64,000 nucleotides of DNA from NCBI GenBank assembly GCA_041741515.1, contig JBGSJY010000012.1, positions 9,256-73,255 of the forward strand, read 5' to 3'. Source of the DNA: Pirellulales bacterium (GTDB lineage: Bacteria; Planctomycetota; Planctomycetia; Pirellulales; Lacipirellulaceae). Both the position numbers and the translations under genes were made by a program. This document shows, piece after piece, positions 57,462-64,000 of the stretch. How positions within the stretch are numbered: position 1 is the first letter of the stretch; each line of letters starts with the position of its first letter. The notes below the pieces were generated by a model that was given only the letters and a program-made list of their open reading frames with translations, did not search any database and was not told where the DNA came from.

Positions 57462-58739
57462 TTAAGTGGCTGAGGCGGCGTAGACGTGTTCGTAGGGGAT
57501 CGCGTCGTCGGCGAGAGCCGTCTCGTGATGGAACGACTCGTTCGCCTTGAGGCCACAGAGGCCAATGAGCACCACGTAATAGGGTAATTCAAATCCCTCG
57601 ACGGTGACGAACGATCCTGATACAGCGAAGCCCACGATCGCGACGGCCGTTCCGAGGGCTGCCGCGCGGATAAATTCGGACTCGGTCGTCTTGGCGAGCG
57701 AGCGCATCTTCAGGAACGCGATCACGTAAAAGCCCACCAGGAAAGCTAGCCCGGGGATGCCCAATTCGGCGGCGGTTTGGAACCAGAGCGAGTGAGCCTC
57801 TTTGCCCAGCGGCCATCCGTAGCTAGGGGCGACAAGACCCCAATGCTCTTGGCCGACGCCGAACAGAGGATTGCGGAGCATGGCCTCGGTGCAATCTCGC
57901 CACAGATCGACGCGGCTTTGGGCAGAGTAGTCGCGTTCTTCTTCTTCTTGGAAGGAAGTGGAGAATTCATCGACCACCGACGGACCGGCCAGCACGGATC
58001 CGGCGATCAAGGCCAACGCGAAACCGCGTAGCACCCGACCGGTCTTCGGCAGCACGAAGAATGCGGCCATCGTAGCCACCGCGACGCCAACCATCCCGCC
58101 GCGCGACATGGCCAACATCGGTACGTGCGCCATGGCCGCGGCGCAACCGAAGCAGAAGTAGCGGCGCCACCAGACGGAATCCAGGAATCCGTTCACAAGC
58201 GCCAGGCCGTACGACGTCACCATCAAGATCGCAAAGCTATTGTTGTCGAGATGGAGGAAACCAAGTTGCTCGAAATGGTAGCCGTTCAGATATGCCAAGT
58301 TGGCTTCGTAGGCCAGGAAGGCACAACTAATGAGCACCGTCCAGAAAAGCATCTCGAGTTGTCGTTCGGTCCGGACGAGTGTCAGCCCCGCCGCAAACGG
58401 AAGGACGATCTTGGCAAGGTACTCGCAGAAGGGGGCGCCAAGAGATGGGTCCGGCGAGGACGTCGTCGATAGCATCACCCACAGCCAGTATCCCAGCAGG
58501 GCATAGAGAACGGGTTTGGCGGCGCCGACCCGTTGGTCACCAAACCCATTCAGAGTCCAGCCGACCAAGAACGACACGCCGATGATCCGGCTGTAGCTGC
58601 CGACGGGCACCGACCAAGGCCAGAGCGCGGGCGGTTTGATGATCGCGAAGCAGATGTAGATTAAGAGCCCATAGAAGGGGTTGACCAACGACACAAGACT
58701 GCCGCCGTAGGTCAGTCCATAAGTAAAGAGGAGACCCAT
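57462..58739 (-). CDS. putative O-glycosylation ligase, exosortase A system-associated type (Wzy_C)
   Basis: N-terminal PFYGLLIY..KPPALW; DNNSFA, SRGG, SAQSRVDLW, PLFGVG, EAHSLWFQTAAELGIPG. Confidence 0.85.
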   Translation of the reverse strand: MGLLFTYGLTYGGSLVSLVNPFYGLLIYICFAIIKPPALWPWSVPVGSYSRIIGVSFLVGWTLNGFGDQRVGAAKPVLYALLGYWLWVMLSTTSSPDPSLGAPFCEYLAKIVLPFAAGLTLVRTERQLEMLFWTVLISCAFLAYEANLAYLNGYHFEQLGFLHLDNNSFAILMVTSYGLALVNGFLDSVWWRRYFCFGCAAAMAHVPMLAMSRGGMVGVAVATMAAFFVLPKTGRVLRGFALALIAGSVLAGPSVVDEFSTSFQEEEERDYSAQSRVDLWRDCTEAMLRNPLFGVGQEHWGLVAPSYGWPLGKEAHSLWFQTAAELGIPGLAFLVGFYVIAFLKMRSLAKTTESEFIRAAALGTAVAIVGFAVSGSFVTVEGFELPYYVVLIGLCGLKANESFHHETALADDAIPYEHVYAASAT

Positions 58740-59956
58740 TACGCGATCGCCAACTCAGAAGCACTCTTACGGAGGCTTGGCGGCGACAGGGCGTCCCACA
58801 GCGGCGCCAGCGAGCGGTCCCAGGCGTGTTGCCGTAGGACATACTCGCGGGCCGCAGCGCCGATCCGGTGACGGCGCTCCTTGTCCGAGAACAAGGAAAG
58901 TAAATCCGCGGCCCACTGGGCAGCGCCATCGGCACAGACGGCTTCTTCACCTAACTGGACGGAGATGCCGGTCAACGCTCCTCGGGTGGCGAGCACAGGG
59001 CGGCCCATCGCCATCGCCTCGATCACCTTGTTCTGGACGCCCCGCGAGATCCGCAGCGGCGCGATCGCCACGGCGCTACCTTGCAAATACGGCCGAACGT
59101 CGGGCACATCGGCGTGGACTTCAACCCCGTCGACTTTTGCGAGGCGACTAATCGCGGTGCACGGACGCCTGCCGACAATTTTGAGGCGGGCCTGGGGTCG
59201 AGCCTTTCGCACTTGTGGCCAAACATGGGATGCAAACCACACCATGCCATCGACGTTCGGCTGGTAGTTCAGGACCCCAACGAAGCAGCAGGTATCCTGC
59301 TCCGACTCGACCCCTGTTGGGCAGAAATAGTCGGTGTCGACGCCGTTGCCGACAACGATCGCGTCGGCTCGCCCCGTTGAGCGAAGAAAGAGGGAACGCT
59401 CGTCGTCACTGATTACGGTGACGGCATCGGCCTTGTTAGCGATCCGCCGTTCGAGGCGACGCACTCGCTGAGACTCAAGGCGGTGGACCCACGACACGGG
59501 GGCTCGCCCCGACGCCGCGCATTCGGCCCACTTCTCGCTATCCACGTCGACGAGGTCGACGACTTGATGGGCGTTGCGTAGCTCCGGCATCTCAGCGTAG
59601 CGGTACATGCCCGAACAGAAGCAGACAACCGCGTCGAAGGGCGTTTCCTCGTTCCAATCCCGCACGTCGGACGCCAGAGCGGGGCTCCAGAAATGGCCTT
59701 CGGTCGCCGACCTACCTGTCGCGAGAGACCTGACGTCGCGTAAAGCGCGGCTAAAAGTCGACGTCGGGCGTATTGAGACTCGCTCACACCAGCGATCAAG
59801 CTCCGACCGAGTGCTCGATGAGGTCGGCTCTTGGGTGACACAAGCCAAGGAAACCAGCGCTCGCTGCGAAAAGTAGCGAAGCAACTGGTACGAGCGGATT
59901 CTGTCCCCTCGATCGGGCGGAAACGGCGTCCGGTGAGTAAGCAGCAGAAGGTTCAG
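58739..59956 (-). CDS. GT4 sugar transferase, PEP-CTERM/XrtA system type (probable CTG start)
   Basis: conserved LLLTHRTPFPPDRGDRIRSY lies upstream of the first TTG (59884); DLVDVDSEKW, NGVD, RGVQNKVIEAMA. Confidence 0.88.
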   Translation of the reverse strand: MNLLLLTHRTPFPPDRGDRIRSYQLLRYFSQRALVSLACVTQEPTSSSTRSELDRWCERVSIRPTSTFSRALRDVRSLATGRSATEGHFWSPALASDVRDWNEETPFDAVVCFCSGMYRYAEMPELRNAHQVVDLVDVDSEKWAECAASGRAPVSWVHRLESQRVRRLERRIANKADAVTVISDDERSLFLRSTGRADAIVVGNGVDTDYFCPTGVESEQDTCCFVGVLNYQPNVDGMVWFASHVWPQVRKARPQARLKIVGRRPCTAISRLAKVDGVEVHADVPDVRPYLQGSAVAIAPLRISRGVQNKVIEAMAMGRPVLATRGALTGISVQLGEEAVCADGAAQWAADLLSLFSDKERRHRIGAAAREYVLRQHAWDRSLAPLWDALSPPSLRKSASELAIA

Positions 59957-60942
59957 GATGAGCTTGCAGGGGGATCTGGTACGTGGATTGCTGGAATATT
60001 GTTGGCGATGTGCCAGGTGCGAAGTTGTGTGATTAAGGATCTCAATGCAAGTGAAAGCACATTCTCTGCGTTAAATAGCGAGATGGTGGCGATTGCTGAA
60101 AACACAGTGCCGAGTGTCGCCACTATCAGAATGCTCTTGTCGAAAAACGACGCGACGCCAAGATAGGCGGGTCCATGTATCAAGTAAAAGCAGTACGTGC
60201 GATCAGATAAATACTTCCACAAGGCGCCGCATGGCAGATCGCGGGGTAGTGCACTTGTTCCTAGTAGTAGGGTAACAAGGCCGACCACGCCGGTTTGAAC
60301 TAATAATACAGCACCAGATAGCCACCAAAGGAATAGTGCTGTAACTGCGAGCGCTGGTCCCAGGGCAGGCTGAGCTGACTTGATTATGCATCCGATGAGG
60401 AAGGGCGCAATCTGGTATCCTCCTGGGATGTAAGGGTACGCTGCAATGGCCATCGGGCAAATCATTAGCAATGAAGCTGCGCATAACCGGATAGGAATTG
60501 CGATTGCATAGCAAATTAAAATCAAAGTGACAAACCAGAAATGAACGCCCACGAGATCGCCTCCATGGGTTATCACGCCCGTGCCTAGCAATTGCGACGC
60601 AATTAGCGACATGCTGACGGGCTTGTATCCGGCGAGATAGTTTGCTAGCAGAACGACTATAGTTGCTATCCAGAAAGCGGGGTAAATCTTTAGCAATCGG
60701 CTTAAAATCCAACGCGTGGTCTCGCCGGGGCTAATTGCTAAGTATCCAGCAATGGCGACGAATATAGCGACACCGATTTGCCCTGGGTCGAGGCTAAGTA
60801 GCCATTTCGGGGGTGGAGTGTCACAGACCGACGCAATGTGCTGCCAAGCAACCAGTGCTATTGCGAGTATGCGCAGTAAATCGATGCCCGCTTCGCGCCC
60901 GTTTGGATAGTTCTTGCTTAAGGGCGCTTGCGCAAAGCTCAT
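59953..60942 (-). CDS. acyltransferase family 3 (membrane)
   Basis: IDLLR..LVAWQH, GVAIFVAIAGY, RLLKIYP, HFWF, LSDRTYCFYLIH; low GC. Confidence 0.85.
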   Translation of the reverse strand: MSFAQAPLSKNYPNGREAGIDLLRILAIALVAWQHIASVCDTPPPKWLLSLDPGQIGVAIFVAIAGYLAISPGETTRWILSRLLKIYPAFWIATIVVLLANYLAGYKPVSMSLIASQLLGTGVITHGGDLVGVHFWFVTLILICYAIAIPIRLCAASLLMICPMAIAAYPYIPGGYQIAPFLIGCIIKSAQPALGPALAVTALFLWWLSGAVLLVQTGVVGLVTLLLGTSALPRDLPCGALWKYLSDRTYCFYLIHGPAYLGVASFFDKSILIVATLGTVFSAIATISLFNAENVLSLALRSLITQLRTWHIANNIPAIHVPDPPASSS

Positions 60943-61793
60943 CTTAAGCCTGCGGGTATAGCGGAAATAGACGCCGAATACACCTCATCCATGCGTCCGT
61001 ATGGGAACTCGAGTAGTAATCGACTAAGTCGCGATTCGGTGTGGTTAAGATTGATGTAGTGCCTGATTCGTGACTTCCACGGCGCCGATCGTATTCGCGG
61101 TTGGCCGGGGTCAAACTCCCATGGGTGGAGATAGGTCACGGCAGGGTGGCCTTCCGAGTTTATGCGGCGGATTGCCCAGCGAGTGACTTTGAGCGGCGCC
61201 AAGCGAAAGTGACCACCACCGGCTACCGCTAGATTGTGCTTTCCGAGCTTTACGGTGCTGGGAGGGATCTCAACGAGACCGGCGTCGGCGACGTGGGCGA
61301 ACCGTGGGGCGCCTCGCACCCCGTAGCGATCGTGCAGCGATACGGGAGACAAGCTCGAATCGTAGCGAAAGCCGGCCCGAGCCAGCTCCTCAAACGCCCA
61401 GGGAGTACGCTCGTTGATCGAGAAGGATGGCGCGCGGTACCCGGTCAACTCGGCCTCCGGGTAGGCGGACCGAATAGCGTCGCTTGCGCGTGCCAGGTCA
61501 TCCCGGAACTGCGACTGCGAAAGCTCGTAGACGGCTTGGTGTGCGAAGCCATGGCTGGCGATCTCGTGGCCGTCGGCAGCGATCTCTCGGATCAGCGCCG
61601 GTTGTTTTACGGCCACCCATCCCAGAATGAAGAACGTAGCGGTTACCTGGCGCCGACGCAGCAGAGCGAGAATCCGCCGTGTTGAATCGACAACGCGTTC
61701 AGGATAGTGATCCCAGTCGCGGCAGGCGATGACGTCTTTGAACGCATGGACGTGAAAGTACTCTTCAACGTCAAAACTCAGAGCGTTCGTCAA
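60939..61793 (-). CDS. XrtA-system polysaccharide deacetylase (DUF3473)
   Basis: NALSFDVEEYF, ATFFILGW, GHEIASHG, GYRAPSFSI, GGGHFR, YLHPWEFDPGQPR; start uncertain (61793-61928). Confidence 0.9.
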   Translation of the reverse strand: MTNALSFDVEEYFHVHAFKDVIACRDWDHYPERVVDSTRRILALLRRRQVTATFFILGWVAVKQPALIREIAADGHEIASHGFAHQAVYELSQSQFRDDLARASDAIRSAYPEAELTGYRAPSFSINERTPWAFEELARAGFRYDSSLSPVSLHDRYGVRGAPRFAHVADAGLVEIPPSTVKLGKHNLAVAGGGHFRLAPLKVTRWAIRRINSEGHPAVTYLHPWEFDPGQPRIRSAPWKSRIRHYINLNHTESRLSRLLLEFPYGRMDEVYSASISAIPAGLR

Positions 61794-61888
61794 CGGGAGC
61801 GGGTCCGTAGGTGGCGTGCTATTGATCAGTTGGCTCCGTACCGAGGGTAAACTCCCGCAGGCAAACAACTCGCTACAGACGAGTCGAG

Positions 61889-62887
61889 TCAGGCGAGGCT
61901 GACGGCGGGGTGGTAGGAGCGATGCCACGCGACAAACCGCTCGACACCCTCTCGAAGCGAGGTTTTCGGTTCGAAACCTAGGTCTCTGGTGCTCGAAGTG
62001 ATGTCGGCGTAGGTGTCGTAGACGTCCCCGGGCTGCATCGGGAGCATCCGCTTCTTAGCGCGCACCCCAAGAGCCGACTCCATCAGGGCGATCAGCTCAC
62101 CGAGTTCTGCCGGCTGGTTGTTGCCGAGATTGTAGAGCCGATGCGACGACACGTCGTCCGAGGAGTCGCTTCGTTCAAGCGAAGCGTCGGCCGCTCGCAC
62201 CACTCCATCGACGATGTCATCGACGTAGGTAAAGTCGCGGCGCATCTTGCCGTGGTTGTAGACGTCAATTGGCTCTCCCCGAACCATGCTGTCGGCGAAC
62301 TTGTAAATCGCCATGTCCGGGCGGCCCCAGGGGCCGTAGACGGTAAAGAATCGCAACCCCGTGATCGGCATCTGGTACAGGTGAGAGTAAGTCTGCGCCA
62401 TCAACTCGTTGGCTCGCTTCGTTGCCGCGTAGAGGCTGACGGGGTTGTCAACCGGATCCTCCACGGAGAAAGGGGCCTTCGTATTCCGGCCGTAGACGGA
62501 GCTGCTCGAGGCATAGACCAGGTGGGGGGAGCCGTGATGCCGGCAACCTTCGAGGACGTTCGTGAAGGCGACCAAGTTGCTATCTATGTAGGCGTGCGGA
62601 TTCTTAAGCGAGTAGCGCACCCCCGGTTGCGCTGCGAGATGAAAGACAACATCGAAGTCGCTTGCGTCGAACACCTCGCCCACCACTCCACGGTCCGCTA
62701 GTTCAGCTTGCCGGAAGGTGAAGTCGATGTGACCGGCCAACTGCGAGACCCGGTCTCGCTTGAGCTGGGGATCGTAGTAGTCGTTGAGATTATCGACCCC
62801 AAGGACGATGTCTCCACGGGAGAGGAGTTGCTCACAGAGATGGTAGCCAATAAAACCGGCCGCGCCGGTAACGAGACACTTGATCAT
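61889..62887 (-). CDS. NAD-dependent epimerase (UDP-glucuronate 4-epimerase-like)
   Basis: TGAAGFIG, HLAAQPGVRYS, YASSSSVYG, YAATK, RFFTVYGPWGRPDM. Confidence 0.92.
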   Translation of the reverse strand: MIKCLVTGAAGFIGYHLCEQLLSRGDIVLGVDNLNDYYDPQLKRDRVSQLAGHIDFTFRQAELADRGVVGEVFDASDFDVVFHLAAQPGVRYSLKNPHAYIDSNLVAFTNVLEGCRHHGSPHLVYASSSSVYGRNTKAPFSVEDPVDNPVSLYAATKRANELMAQTYSHLYQMPITGLRFFTVYGPWGRPDMAIYKFADSMVRGEPIDVYNHGKMRRDFTYVDDIVDGVVRAADASLERSDSSDDVSSHRLYNLGNNQPAELGELIALMESALGVRAKKRMLPMQPGDVYDTYADITSSTRDLGFEPKTSLREGVERFVAWHRSYHPAVSLA

Positions 62888-62942
62888 GGGGTCGGCTTAC
62901 GATCGTCTGTAGTGACGGGGATTTTCTTCAACTTCAAACTTA

Positions 62943-63812
62943 CTATCGCGGCACGCGAGGCGGTCTCGAATGCGTCGAGGTGGCGCTTCCGGTGTGGACC
63001 GGGTCTTCAATAAGGAAGGTGTCGTAGGCGGTCAAATTAACTTTCGTGTCGTTGGCCGAGCCTCCACCGCTTTTATAAGTCGGCGGGAGAGCATCGCCGC
63101 AACCCTGTTGAAGGATTTCGGCAGGCAATTCCACAGCGAGCAGTTTCGCCCCGTAGTGGTAGCGAATACCGATCATCCTCAGGAGTGTTGCGGAGATCAG
63201 TCGCAGATCGAACCAAAGGCTAGCGTTCTCGATGTAATACCTATCAGCGGCGACCTTCTTGCGGACACACGCGAGCTCTTGATCGGGCGGGAGATTGACT
63301 TGGGCGATACCCGTGATGCCGGGGAGGCATTCATGCCGATCGTTGTAGTTCTCAATGAGTCCGACCAGCTCTACAATGATCTCCGGCCTTTCGGGGCGTG
63401 GCCCGACGAAATCCATTTCGCCGCGGATGACGTTCAGGATTTGAGGGAGCTCGTCGAGATGCGACCAGCGAAGGAAGCCGCCAATCGGAGTGACGCGGCG
63501 GTCCTTTTTACTGGCCCAGACGGGACCGCTTAGGTCTTCGGCGTCTTGCCGCATCGATCGCAACTTGTAGATCGTGAAGACACGGCCATTGAGGCCGACC
63601 CTACGCTGTCGATAGAGGCCCGGTCCCGGCGACGTGAGGCGTACCGCAACAATGAGGCAGAAGATTATCGGGAGCAGCGCGACGCCGACAATCACACCGG
63701 CTATCCGCACAGGAATTCGCTTGAACAAAAGGTAGGCGGCCGGTGCGAGCGGCGGCGGAGTAGCTGAGTTACCGGCCGCGAGTGGCGCAGCTATTTCAAG
63801 GGTTGCAGACAT
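62943..63812 (-). CDS. priming sugar-phosphate transferase (Bac_transf)
   Basis: SPGP..RQRRVG, KLRSM, DELPQILNV..GEM.FVGPRPERP, PGITGIAQV. Confidence 0.92.
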   Translation of the reverse strand: MSATLEIAAPLAAGNSATPPPLAPAAYLLFKRIPVRIAGVIVGVALLPIIFCLIVAVRLTSPGPGLYRQRRVGLNGRVFTIYKLRSMRQDAEDLSGPVWASKKDRRVTPIGGFLRWSHLDELPQILNVIRGEMDFVGPRPERPEIIVELVGLIENYNDRHECLPGITGIAQVNLPPDQELACVRKKVAADRYYIENASLWFDLRLISATLLRMIGIRYHYGAKLLAVELPAEILQQGCGDALPPTYKSGGGSANDTKVNLTAYDTFLIEDPVHTGSATSTHSRPPRVPR

Positions 63813-64000
63813 TTCAGCTTTGCTCCGTCGTCAGATGAAGTCTTTCCACAGGGGAGTCAATTGTCCCGTCAGGGGACCAGCCGCTCTGCATTAAGTCTTT
63901 GAGGAATCGCTCGCAGAGGTCGTCGCTACTTTTCTTGCCAACCAAGAGGGGCTGTCCGGCCACCTGGATTTTGAAGAGGAAAGGCGCCCCGCCGTATTCG

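Noticed and set aside
1-64000. Many long alternative-frame and antisense ORFs in the track (e.g. 577-1473, 9629-10384, 13062-14030, 46042-46806)
   Set aside because: They are shadows of well-supported genes in high-GC DNA, are Arg/Pro/Ala-rich and carry no motifs.

Overview
High-GC window that looks planctomycete-like (inferred from a DUF1559 prepilin-type protein, dockerin-like 'GDYNxDGxVDAADYTVWRD' motifs, PEP-CTERM tails and a planctomycete-type Wza). It has four blocks. (1) 1-15.4 kb is a carbohydrate-utilisation and surface-protein locus: GH29, six PEP-CTERM genes, DUF1559, PQQ sugar dehydrogenase, PL1-like lyase, LamG and GH43. One ORF here (3428-5452) appears to be a polyprotein of two complete PEP-CTERM surface proteins, joined by an internal sorting signal followed by a second signal peptide. 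(2) 15.5-23.8 kb is a minus-strand, ArsR-headed sulfide/persulfide operon: rhodanese-DUF2892, TauE, CstB-like dioxygenase, DUF1641, type II SQR and an unknown secreted protein. (3) 24.4-29.7 kb holds TolC, a FeeM-like N-acyl amino acid synthase, a Wza-like export lipoprotein and small proteins. (4) 29.7-63.8 kb is a ~34 kb minus-strand exosortase-A-type glycan locus with Wzm/Wzt, two ligase-family proteins and a UbiA-HAD-GT39 module. It is mosaic in GC and interrupted by a 210-bp ISAs1-like MITE and a dead IS5-family element. No rRNA, tRNA or CRISPR was seen. Family calls rest on recognised motifs, not database searches.
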